Source: an uncultured Oscillospiraceae bacterium
Lineage (GTDB): Bacteria > Bacillota > Clostridia > Oscillospirales > QAMX01
Direction of reading: 5' to 3'
Assembly: GCA_964515055.1 (NCBI GenBank)
Contig: CAZEUG010000007.1
Coordinates: 2,642 to 66,641 of the forward strand
Length of the DNA stretch: 64,000 nt
In this document: positions 26,249 to 34,691 of the stretch, in pieces
Position numbering within the stretch: the stretch's first letter is position 1
How the letters are laid out: the number at the start of each line of letters is the position of its first letter
The notes under the pieces: generated by a model
The model's input: only the letters and a program-made list of their open reading frames with translations
Databases searched by the model: none
What the model was told of the DNA's origin: nothing
Position numbers and translations under genes: made by a program

Positions 26249-27751
26249 ATGCTGATTAAAATTAGTCTGTTGATTCTCTTTTGCATAGTCATGATTGCGA
26301 TTGGTCTTGCAACGCGTCGACGCTCTCAGGGTGTTGACGATTTCGTGCTGGGCGGACGTTCTGTTGGTCCGTGGCTGACGGCGTTTGCCTATGGGACAAG
26401 TTATTTTTCGGCCGTGGTTTTCATTGGTTATGCCGGACAGTTTGGCTGGAAATATGGGCTGTCCTCCACCTGGATCGGCATCGGCAACGCTTTGATCGGT
26501 TCTCTACTGGCCTGGGTTGTCCTTGGGCGGAGAACACGACTCATGTCCAAGCACCTGTCAGCCTCCACAATGCCTGAGTTTTTCGGAAAACGGTATGATA
26601 GCCGCGGCCTGAAAATCGCGAGCTCGGCCATTATCTTCATTTTCATGATTCCCTATACCGCCTCTGTCTATACGGGTCTTTCCCGCCTCTTCTCCATGGC
26701 CTTTCATATCGACTACATCTACTGTATGCTGATGATGGCTGTTCTGACAGCTGTTTATGTCATCCTGGGCGGATATGTGGCGACCGCCCTGAACGATTTC
26801 ATTCAGGGCATCATCATGCTGGTTGGCATTGTCGCAGTCATTGTCTCGGTTCTTTCCGGGCATGGCGGCTTTTCCAGTGCCGTTCAGTCGCTGTCTGAAG
26901 TGACGGCCGACGGCGGTGGCTTTACATCTTTGTTTGGCCCAGCTCCGCTTTCCCTGCTGGGCGTCGTGATTCTGACGTCGCTCGGCACCTGGGGACTTCC
27001 GCAAATGGTTCACAAGTTTTATTCGATCAAATCCGATGCGGCCATTCGAAAAGGCACGATTATTTCAACGATATTTGCCATGGTTGTCGCAGGTGGTTCG
27101 TATTTTCTGGGTGGCTTCGGCAGATTGTATGCTGACTGCGAAGGTGTGATTGTAGACGGTGTGGTAAAGTACGACAGCATTGTGCCGACGATGCTCTCTG
27201 GACTATCTGACATCATGATCGGGATTGTCGTGGTTCTGGTTCTGAGCGCTTCCATGTCCACGCTTTCCAGTCTGGTTCTGACCTCCAGCTCGTCGCTGAC
27301 GATTGACCTCATTGACGGAACCCTTGTTAAGAATATGTCGGAGCGCATAAAAGTTCGCTGCATCCGAATTCTGATCGCGGTTTTTGTTCTGATTTCTGTC
27401 CTGATTGCTCTGGATCCGCCGACTTTTATTGCACAGCTCATGGGCATTTCCTGGGGCGCCCTCGCCGGTTCATTCCTGGCGCCGTTCCTTTATGGTCTCT
27501 TTTCTAAAAAAGTGACGCGTGCAGCGGTCTGGTCTTCCTTCATTACAGGAGTTGGCCTGACGGTTTCCGCGCTGCTGGTGAACTTCTGCGGTCTGGCCTC
27601 CTCTGCGTTCATGCAGTTTATCTGTAATCCGATCAACGCCGGTGCCATTGCCATGCTCGTCGGCCTGATTGTGGTTCCGCTGGTCAGTTTGTGGACACCC
27701 AAACTGTCGGAAGACACTGTTGCATTTTGTTTTAACGCTTATCAGAAGTAA
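26249..27751 (+). CDS. sodium:solute symporter (SSS family), substrate unknown
   Basis: 500 aa with ~13 TM segments. N-terminal pattern DDFVLGGRSVGPWLTAFAYGTSYFSAVVFIGYAG is typical of PutP/PanF-type SSS carriers. Confidence 0.85.
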   Translation: MLIKISLLILFCIVMIAIGLATRRRSQGVDDFVLGGRSVGPWLTAFAYGTSYFSAVVFIGYAGQFGWKYGLSSTWIGIGNALIGSLLAWVVLGRRTRLMSKHLSASTMPEFFGKRYDSRGLKIASSAIIFIFMIPYTASVYTGLSRLFSMAFHIDYIYCMLMMAVLTAVYVILGGYVATALNDFIQGIIMLVGIVAVIVSVLSGHGGFSSAVQSLSEVTADGGGFTSLFGPAPLSLLGVVILTSLGTWGLPQMVHKFYSIKSDAAIRKGTIISTIFAMVVAGGSYFLGGFGRLYADCEGVIVDGVVKYDSIVPTMLSGLSDIMIGIVVVLVLSASMSTLSSLVLTSSSSLTIDLIDGTLVKNMSERIKVRCIRILIAVFVLISVLIALDPPTFIAQLMGISWGALAGSFLAPFLYGLFSKKVTRAAVWSSFITGVGLTVSALLVNFCGLASSAFMQFICNPINAGAIAMLVGLIVVPLVSLWTPKLSEDTVAFCFNAYQK

Positions 27752-27813
27752 TTTCTACGTTCAGAAAAACAATCAAATGACCGGAACACCCGGCCGGAAA
27801 GGAACGGACAATT

Positions 27814-29127
27814 ATGCAGAAAATGTTTCAACCTCAGATAGAGACGATGAAACGTGAAGAGCTTCAAGAACTTCAATTGGCAAAGCTGAAAAAACAGGTG
27901 GCGCACGCCTATAACGATGTACCGCATTATAAAAAGCTGCTGGATGAGCGCGGTGTTCGTCCGGAGCATATTCGCACGTTGAAGGATGTTTCCCTGCTCC
28001 CACTGACGACCAAGGAGGATTTACGTCAGACCTATCCTTTTGGAATGTTCGGCGTACCCAAGAAGGAAGTCGTCCGGATTCATGCATCTTCCGGCACAAC
28101 GGGGAAACCGACCGTTGTCGGCTTTACCAAATCGGATCTGGATGTCTGGAGCGACTGCGTAGCGCGTCTCTGTACGGCTGTGGGTGTGACGGATGAAGAT
28201 GTTGCGCAGATTTCGTTTGGATATGGTCTGTTCACAGGCGCATTGGGTCTGCATATGGGGCTGGAAAAGCTGGGCGTGTCGGTGATTCCGATTTCAAGCG
28301 GCAATACAGACAAGCAGCTGATGCTGATGGAGGATTTCGGGACAACGGTATTGATCGCAACGCCGTCCTATGCCCTGTATCTGGGTGAGATGATTCGTGA
28401 ACGCGGCTTGGCAGATAAGATGAAGCTGCGAATTGGCCTGTTGGGCAGCGAAGGGTGTACGCCGGAGATGCGTGCCCAGATTGAGAAAAACATGAACCTG
28501 TTTGCCACGGACAATTATGGACTCAGTGAGTGCGGCGGTCCGGGGATGAGCGGTGAATGCTATCTGAGAAATGGCCTCCACATCGCGGAAGACCATTTCC
28601 TTTGTGAGATTATTGATTCCAACACCTTAGAGCCCAAAGCAGAGGGTGAACAGGGCGAGCTGGTTGTGACGTGTCTGTCCAAGCAGTGTCTCCCGGTTTT
28701 GCGGTATCGCACCAAGGACATTACCTCTATCGACTATTCACCGTGTCCGTGTGGCCGCACCTTTGCCAGAATGGCCAAGGTCACCGATCGAGCCGATGAT
28801 ATGCTGATCATCAAGGGCGTCAACGTATTCCCCTCCCAGATTGAAAGTGTTTTGATTGGCATGGAAGGAATCGGGCCGCATTATCAGCTGGTGCTTCGCC
28901 GCAAAAACTTCATGGACAATCTGGAAGTGAAGGTCGAGCTGATTGATTCGTCCTTATTGGAGCGTTTCGCGGAGCTGGAAGGGCTGCAAAAGCGCATCCA
29001 TGATCGCCTGAAATCGGTTCTCGGTCTGGAATGCCGCGTTTCTCTGGTTGAACCGGGTACGCTGGAAAGATTCCAGGGAAAAGCAAAACGAGTTTTGGAT
29101 CTCAGAAAAGAATCTGGAGAACAATAA
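27814..29127 (+). CDS. paaK: phenylacetate-CoA ligase family (PaaK-type aryl-acid adenylating enzyme), copy 1
   Basis: 437 aa with [19 protein letters not shown] (AMP-binding P-loop), YGLSE and [20 protein letters not shown]. Confidence 0.85.
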   Translation: MQKMFQPQIETMKREELQELQLAKLKKQVAHAYNDVPHYKKLLDERGVRPEHIRTLKDVSLLPLTTKEDLRQTYPFGMFGVPKKEVVRIHASSGTTGKPTVVGFTKSDLDVWSDCVARLCTAVGVTDEDVAQISFGYGLFTGALGLHMGLEKLGVSVIPISSGNTDKQLMLMEDFGTTVLIATPSYALYLGEMIRERGLADKMKLRIGLLGSEGCTPEMRAQIEKNMNLFATDNYGLSECGGPGMSGECYLRNGLHIAEDHFLCEIIDSNTLEPKAEGEQGELVVTCLSKQCLPVLRYRTKDITSIDYSPCPCGRTFARMAKVTDRADDMLIIKGVNVFPSQIESVLIGMEGIGPHYQLVLRRKNFMDNLEVKVELIDSSLLERFAELEGLQKRIHDRLKSVLGLECRVSLVEPGTLERFQGKAKRVLDLRKESGEQ

Positions 29128-29155
29128 AATTACCCGGAAAGGTACGGTAAACCAA

Positions 29156-30919
29156 ATGAATTTATCCGAAAAAAAGCTGTTGCTGGGAAATGCCGCAGTT
29201 GCTCGCGGACTTTATGAATCCGGCTGTGGGTTTGTTTCGAGTTATCCGGGCACACCAAGCACGGAAATCTCGGAAGAAGCTGCCAAATATGATGAGATTT
29301 ATGCAGAGTGGGCACCGAACGAAAAGGTCGCATTGGAGGCTGCTTTCGGCGCTTCGCTGGCCGGTGTCAGAAGCTTTGCGGCGATGAAGCATGTCGGCAT
29401 GAACGTGGCAGCGGATCCCCTTTTTACGATGGCCTATACCGGTGTCAATGCCGGCTTGATCGTTGCGGTCGCCGATGATATGGGGATGCATTCCTCACAG
29501 AACGAACAGGACAGCCGCCATTACGCCGCCTCGGCCAAGGTGCCCATGCTGGAGCCGGCAGACTCGTCGGAATGCCTGGCATATGTCCGCGCCGCTTATG
29601 AAATCAGCGAGCAGTTTGATACACCGGTCATGCTGAGACTCTCCACGCGGATTGCACATTCGCGCTCGCTCGTCGAAACACATCCCCGCGAAGAACAGCA
29701 GCGCCGTCCATACGCAAAGAATCCGCAGAAGTATGTCATGATGCCCGCCAACGCAAGAGGCCGCCATGTCTTCGTTGAAGAGCGCATGGACGCTTTGGCG
29801 AAGATGGCGGAATCCTCTCCGCTGAACCAGGTAATCCCCGGCTCAACGAAAATCGGCGTCATTGCATCCGGCATCGCCTTCTGCTATGCACGGGAAGCCT
29901 TCGGCGACAATGCCTCCTACCTCAAGTTGGGCATGATTCATCCTATGCCGGAAAAAATGATTCGTGATTTTGCAGCTTCGGTCGATCGCCTGATCGTCAT
30001 TGAAGAGCTGGACGACGTTTTCGAGACACAGATTCGCAAGCTGGGCATTACCTGTGAAGGGAAAGCGCTGTTCTCGAAAATCGGCGAATACAGCGCCGAA
30101 GCAATTCGAAAGGCTGTATATGGCGAACAGACAGAAGGATATCATTTGGAAAGTGCCGTGCCTGGCCGTCCGCCGGTTCTATGCCCCGGATGCCCGCACC
30201 GCGGTGTGTTTTATGTCCTTTCCAAGCTGAAGGTCATGGTGTCGGGCGACATCGGCTGCTATACGCTGGGTGCTCTGCCGCCGCTGGCCGCGTTGGACAC
30301 AACGCTTTGCATGGGTGCTTCGATCTCTGGCCTGCATGGTTTTGTCAAAGCGTCTGGCGAACAGGCTGCGAAGAACAGTGTGGCCGTGATTGGCGACTCT
30401 ACCTTCATTCATTCCGGCATTACTGGACTGATCAATATCGTCTACAATCAGAGCAATGCAACGGTTATGATTCTGGACAATTCCATTACCGGAATGACGG
30501 GGCATCAGCAGAATCCGTGTACCGGTCTGACCCTGAAAAATACACCGGCCTATGCGGTTGATCTGGAAGCATTGTGTCATGCCGTGGGCGTTCAACGCGT
30601 ATCGGTCGTTGATCCGTTTGATATCGAACAGCTGGAGTCGGTTGTTAAGACGGAATTGGCAGCCGATGAACCGAGCGTCATCATTGTCCGCCGTCCGTGT
30701 GCGCTCCTGAAAAAGGTACAGCACCATGAGCCGCTCCACATTGATGCAGAGCGCTGCCGTCGATGCAAGGCGTGCATGAAAATTGGTTGTCCGGCCATTT
30801 CGTTTGACGCCGAAAAGGGTGCAACCATTGATTTCTCTCTCTGCACAGGCTGCGGTCTTTGCGAAAAGCTCTGCAAATTCGGTGCGATTGAGGGCGTTGA
30901 AGAAAGGAAGGACAGATAA
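29156..30919 (+). CDS. iorA: indolepyruvate:ferredoxin oxidoreductase, alpha subunit
   Basis: ORF 29048..30919 overlaps paaK; start taken at MNLSEKKLLLGNAAVARGLYESG (ATG 29156). Contains the TPP motif GDSTFIHSGITGL and a C-terminal 2x[4Fe-4S] region CRRCKACMKIGCP..CTGCGLCEKLC. Confidence 0.9.
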   Translation: MNLSEKKLLLGNAAVARGLYESGCGFVSSYPGTPSTEISEEAAKYDEIYAEWAPNEKVALEAAFGASLAGVRSFAAMKHVGMNVAADPLFTMAYTGVNAGLIVAVADDMGMHSSQNEQDSRHYAASAKVPMLEPADSSECLAYVRAAYEISEQFDTPVMLRLSTRIAHSRSLVETHPREEQQRRPYAKNPQKYVMMPANARGRHVFVEERMDALAKMAESSPLNQVIPGSTKIGVIASGIAFCYAREAFGDNASYLKLGMIHPMPEKMIRDFAASVDRLIVIEELDDVFETQIRKLGITCEGKALFSKIGEYSAEAIRKAVYGEQTEGYHLESAVPGRPPVLCPGCPHRGVFYVLSKLKVMVSGDIGCYTLGALPPLAALDTTLCMGASISGLHGFVKASGEQAAKNSVAVIGDSTFIHSGITGLINIVYNQSNATVMILDNSITGMTGHQQNPCTGLTLKNTPAYAVDLEALCHAVGVQRVSVVDPFDIEQLESVVKTELAADEPSVIIVRRPCALLKKVQHHEPLHIDAERCRRCKACMKIGCPAISFDAEKGATIDFSLCTGCGLCEKLCKFGAIEGVEERKDR

Positions 30920-30920
30920 G

Positions 30921-31499
30921 ATGAGCAATATTTTGATTGTTGGCGTTGGCGGACAGGGTTCCCTGCTGGCAAGTCGAATTCTGGGCGCATTTTATGTTGG
31001 CCGTGGTCTTGATGTGAAGCTGAGCGAAGTGCATGGCATGAGCCAGCGCGGCGGCAGCGTGGTGACCTATGTTCGGGCAGCACAGCGGGTAGACTCCCCG
31101 ATCATCTCTGCGCATACAGCGGATATGATTCTGTCCTTTGAGGCGCTGGAAGCGGCGCGGTATTTGGACTATCTGAAACCAAACGGTACCATTGTCACCA
31201 GTACGCAGGAAATCGACCCGATGCCGGTCATTACCGGTGCTGTCAAATATCCCAAAGATATTCTCAAGCAGCTTTCTGATGCAGGCGTTCATGTCGTTGA
31301 CGTTCATGCCCTGGATCTGGCCGTGCAGGCTGGTTCCGCAAAGACAGCCAATGTCGTCATGATTGGTGCTGCATCCAATATTCTGGGCGGAGAAGAATCA
31401 GAATGGCTGTCCGTTTTGAGCGAATGTGTTCCGGCAAAATTCCTTGAGATGAATCAGAAAGCATTCCGGATTGGCCGAACCGTTCGTACAGCCCAATAA
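30921..31499 (+). CDS. iorB: indolepyruvate:ferredoxin oxidoreductase, beta subunit
   Basis: Start MSNILIVGVGGQGSLLASRILG lies 1 nt after the iorA stop. Contains HGMSQRGGSV. Confidence 0.9.
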   Translation: MSNILIVGVGGQGSLLASRILGAFYVGRGLDVKLSEVHGMSQRGGSVVTYVRAAQRVDSPIISAHTADMILSFEALEAARYLDYLKPNGTIVTSTQEIDPMPVITGAVKYPKDILKQLSDAGVHVVDVHALDLAVQAGSAKTANVVMIGAASNILGGEESEWLSVLSECVPAKFLEMNQKAFRIGRTVRTAQ

Positions 31500-31512
31500 A
31501 CTGATGGTGAGG

Positions 31513-31541
31513 ATTTACCGGATTACTGCAATCCGGTAAAT
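31513..31541 (+). other. perfect 12-bp intercistronic hairpin between iorB and the second paaK
   Basis: atttaccggatt / aatccggtaaat with loop actgc. No U tract follows; the RBS AAAGGAAG does. Confidence 0.6.
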
Positions 31542-31560
31542 AGAAGAAAGGAAGATTTTT

Positions 31561-32856
31561 TTGGTTTGGGATCAGAATGAACAACTCCCCCGCGCCGAAA
31601 TGCGCGAGCTGCAGGGCAAGCGCCTGCATGATACGGTGGTGCGGGTTTACCAGTCAGTTGAACCCTATCGGAAAAGAATGGAAGAGGCCGGTGTCACGCC
31701 GGATGATATCCAGACACTGGACGATTTGAAAAAGCTGCCCTTTACCTATAAACAGGATTTACGCGATCATTATCCCTTTGGCCTGTTTGCGGTGCCGATG
31801 GACGAGGTAGTTCGTATTCACGCCTCATCCGGCACAACGGGCAAGCAGACAGTTGTCGGCTACACGCGGAATGACCTGAGTACTTGGGGGAACGTTATGG
31901 CGCGAACCTTTACGGCAGGTGGTGTCACGCGGAAGGATATTGGACATATTTCGTATGGGTACGGACTGTTTACCGGCGGCTTGGGCGCACACGGCGGCAG
32001 TGAAGCCATCGGCTGTGCAACGGTTCCGGTTTCCACAGGCAATACCAGCCGGCAGATTCAGATCCTTCGTGATTTCGGATGCACATTTATCTGCTGCACC
32101 CCCTCTTATGCGCTGTATATTGCCGAAACGCTGGAGGAAATGGGTGTCGATCCGGCGTCGCTGCCGCTTCGCGTCGGCTTCTTCGGAGCGGAACCCTGGA
32201 CGGAGAATATGCGCCGTGAAATTGAGAATCGCCTCAAGATTACGACACGTGATATTTATGGTCTGTCTGAAGTAATTGGCCCGGGTGTAGCCTTTGAATG
32301 CGAATGTCAGAGCGGCCTTCACGTCAATGAAGATCACTTTATTCCCGAAATCATCGACCCGGAAACCGGCGAAGTTTTGCCGGACGGCGTTGCAGGTGAG
32401 CTTGTCTTTACCTGCATCACCAAGGAAGCGCTGCCGCTGATCCGGTACCGTACACACGATGTATCTCGGTTGATCAAGGAGCCGTGCGCCTGCGGACGCA
32501 CACTGATTCGCATGGAAAAGCCGGCAGGTCGAACCGACGATATGCTGATCATTCGCGGTGTGAATGTTTTCCCATCTCAAATTGAGTCGGTTCTTCTGGA
32601 GTATGCCGATGCAGCGCCCTATTATTTACTGGTGGTCGATCGCGTCGGCAATCTGGACACGTTAGAGGTTCAGGTGGAATTGACGGAAGAAGCATTTTCG
32701 GATCAGGTACGCGATCTGGAAAAGCTGAGCAAGGACATCCGCCGCAGCATCGAATCGACGCTGGGAATCGCTGTACGCATCAAGTTGGTTGAACCGCGTA
32801 CATTACCCCGTGTGGAAGGAAAAGCAAAGCATATTCAGGATAATCGCGCCATATAA
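31561..32856 (+). CDS. paaK: phenylacetate-CoA ligase family (PaaK-type), copy 2
   Basis: 431 aa with a TTG start. Contains [19 protein letters not shown] and [20 protein letters not shown]. Collinear with copy 1 but clearly diverged; by eye roughly half the positions are identical. Confidence 0.85.
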   Translation: MVWDQNEQLPRAEMRELQGKRLHDTVVRVYQSVEPYRKRMEEAGVTPDDIQTLDDLKKLPFTYKQDLRDHYPFGLFAVPMDEVVRIHASSGTTGKQTVVGYTRNDLSTWGNVMARTFTAGGVTRKDIGHISYGYGLFTGGLGAHGGSEAIGCATVPVSTGNTSRQIQILRDFGCTFICCTPSYALYIAETLEEMGVDPASLPLRVGFFGAEPWTENMRREIENRLKITTRDIYGLSEVIGPGVAFECECQSGLHVNEDHFIPEIIDPETGEVLPDGVAGELVFTCITKEALPLIRYRTHDVSRLIKEPCACGRTLIRMEKPAGRTDDMLIIRGVNVFPSQIESVLLEYADAAPYYLLVVDRVGNLDTLEVQVELTEEAFSDQVRDLEKLSKDIRRSIESTLGIAVRIKLVEPRTLPRVEGKAKHIQDNRAI

Positions 32857-32894
32857 GTATCCAATCAAAATATTTTATAGGAGGAATTGAGACC

Positions 32895-33326
32895 ATGTTG
32901 ATCGATCAAATTTCCATCTTTGTCGCGAACCAGCCGGGGCGGCTGACGGAAATCACCTCCATGCTTGCAGATGCAGGGATTGATATCCGCGCCCTTTCAT
33001 TGGCAGACACAACCGATTTTGGCATTCTGCGCCTGATTGTCAATGATCCGGTTGCAGCGGAAGAAACGCTCAAGCAGCACGGGCTGACCGTCAGGAAAAC
33101 AAAAGTCATTGCAGCCAAGCTGGATGACGAACCGGGTGCTCTGCATCGCGTTTTGAAAATCCTCAGGGATCGTGGCATCTCTGTCGAGTACGCGTATGCG
33201 TTCATCACGAGAAAGAATGACGATGCCTGCGTGATTCTTCGTGTTGAAGAAAATGACGAAGCCGTTCAGGCACTTTCGTCCAACGGTATCAATCTCTTGG
33301 AAGCGGAGCAGATTTATAAAATATGA
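32895..33326 (+). CDS. ACT-domain protein (tandem ACT, small-molecule binding)
   Basis: 143 aa with two beta-alpha-beta-beta-alpha-beta repeats (ISIFVANQPGRLTEITSMLADAGIDI and VIAAKLDDEPGALHRVLKILRDRGISV). Confidence 0.8.
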   Translation: MLIDQISIFVANQPGRLTEITSMLADAGIDIRALSLADTTDFGILRLIVNDPVAAEETLKQHGLTVRKTKVIAAKLDDEPGALHRVLKILRDRGISVEYAYAFITRKNDDACVILRVEENDEAVQALSSNGINLLEAEQIYKI

Positions 33327-34615
33327 GCTGTCAGAATGGATTATCGGCAGAATTGCTTGAATCCTTCGTGAAACAGACGGAGGCGGATATCGCCCCCGTC
33401 TTTTCGCGTATCGATGCAATTGCCAGTACGAATACAGAACGCGTAATGAATGCGTTCGCCAACCATCGTGTTTCAGAAGCACATTTTATGGCGACAACCG
33501 GGTATGGATATGACGACAACGGTCGTATGACGCTGGATGCGGTTTTTGCAGAAGCGCTTTGCGCGCCTGCTGCATTAGTGCGTCCGCATTTCATGAATGG
33601 CACGCATGCCATTGCCTGCGCCCTATATGGTGTGCTGCGCGCCGGTGACACCCTGCTTTGCGCGACGGGGCTGCCCTATGACACGCTGCGGCCTGTTCTT
33701 TTTGATCAGGGTGGTGGATCTCTGAAGGACTATGGCGTTCAGACATCGGTGACGGAATTCTGCGAGTCGGATGATTCATATGATCCGATTCTCCACGCGG
33801 AACGCCTGGAGAAGGACTGCCAGGCGCTGCATCCGCGGGCAGCGCTGTTGCAGCGGTCGAGAGGCTACTCTCTGCGCCCGGCCTTGTCGGTTGATGCATT
33901 GGAGGCACTGGCTGAACGGATTAAGCGTGTGTCACCGGAGACGATCGTGATTCTGGACAACTGCTACGGTGAATTCACAGAGTCAAAGGAGCCTGATACG
34001 TTCGGAAATTTTGATTTAATTTGTGGATCCCTGATCAAAAATCCGGGTGGCGGCTTGGCTCCGACGGGTGGATATGTGGCCGGAAAAGCCGAATGGGTGG
34101 AATGTGCGGCCTGTCGTCTGGGGGTTCCCGGAATCGGAAGCGAAACCGGCTCGAATCCGGACGGCTACAGGCTATATTATCAGGGTTTATTTCTGGCACC
34201 GCATACCGTGGCACAGGCGTTGAAAACGGCGGTGTTTGCTGCTCGTCTCTTTGAAGTCTGCGGCTATACGACTTCCCCGGCGTATGATGCTCCGCGTTCG
34301 GACATCATTCAGGCTATTACCTTTGGTGCGCCGGAACCGATGCTTCAGATGATGCGTGGAATTCAGGCGGGTGCGCCGATTGACAGCTATGTAACGCCGG
34401 AACCGTGGGCGATGCCGGGCTATGCGGATTCCGTGGTCATGGCTGCGGGTGCCTTTATCCAGGGTGCATCGATCGAGCTGAGTGCGGATGGCCCTTATAA
34501 ATCACCCTATACGGCTTTTTTACAGGGCGGCTTGACCTATGAGTCTGGTCGATTGGGGATTCTGCGTGCACTGCGCGAAATCTGCCGGCAGAAACCAGAC
34601 GCGTCAGGCATTTGA
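33323..34615 (+). CDS. PLP-dependent enzyme of the YnbB / 'aluminium resistance' (Met-gamma-lyase-like) family, function unknown
   Basis: 430 aa. The ATG overlaps the ACT stop (ATGA). N-terminal pattern RVMNAFANHRVSEAHFMATTGYGYDDNGRMTLD is as I remember it for this family, and GSLIKNPGG is the probable PLP-lysine region. Confidence 0.72.
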   Translation: MSCQNGLSAELLESFVKQTEADIAPVFSRIDAIASTNTERVMNAFANHRVSEAHFMATTGYGYDDNGRMTLDAVFAEALCAPAALVRPHFMNGTHAIACALYGVLRAGDTLLCATGLPYDTLRPVLFDQGGGSLKDYGVQTSVTEFCESDDSYDPILHAERLEKDCQALHPRAALLQRSRGYSLRPALSVDALEALAERIKRVSPETIVILDNCYGEFTESKEPDTFGNFDLICGSLIKNPGGGLAPTGGYVAGKAEWVECAACRLGVPGIGSETGSNPDGYRLYYQGLFLAPHTVAQALKTAVFAARLFEVCGYTTSPAYDAPRSDIIQAITFGAPEPMLQMMRGIQAGAPIDSYVTPEPWAMPGYADSVVMAAGAFIQGASIELSADGPYKSPYTAFLQGGLTYESGRLGILRALREICRQKPDASGI

Positions 34616-34626
34616 CGGAAAATGAT

Positions 34627-34672
34627 AAAAAGAGCAGGAGACGATTGAGCCATCAGTCGCTCCTGCTCTTTT
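34627..34672. terminator. bidirectional intrinsic terminator between the ynbB-like and GH25 genes
   Basis: aaaagagcaggag..ctcctgctctttt, a 13-bp outer stem with A and T runs on either side. Confidence 0.75.
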
Positions 34673-34691
34673 GTATGGAATTGATTGACAA

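Noticed and set aside
29048-29155. Upstream start for iorA that overlaps the end of the first paaK by 80 nt.
   Set aside because: The extension has no homology pattern. The conserved IorA N-terminus (MNLSEKKLLLGNAAVARG) begins at 29156.
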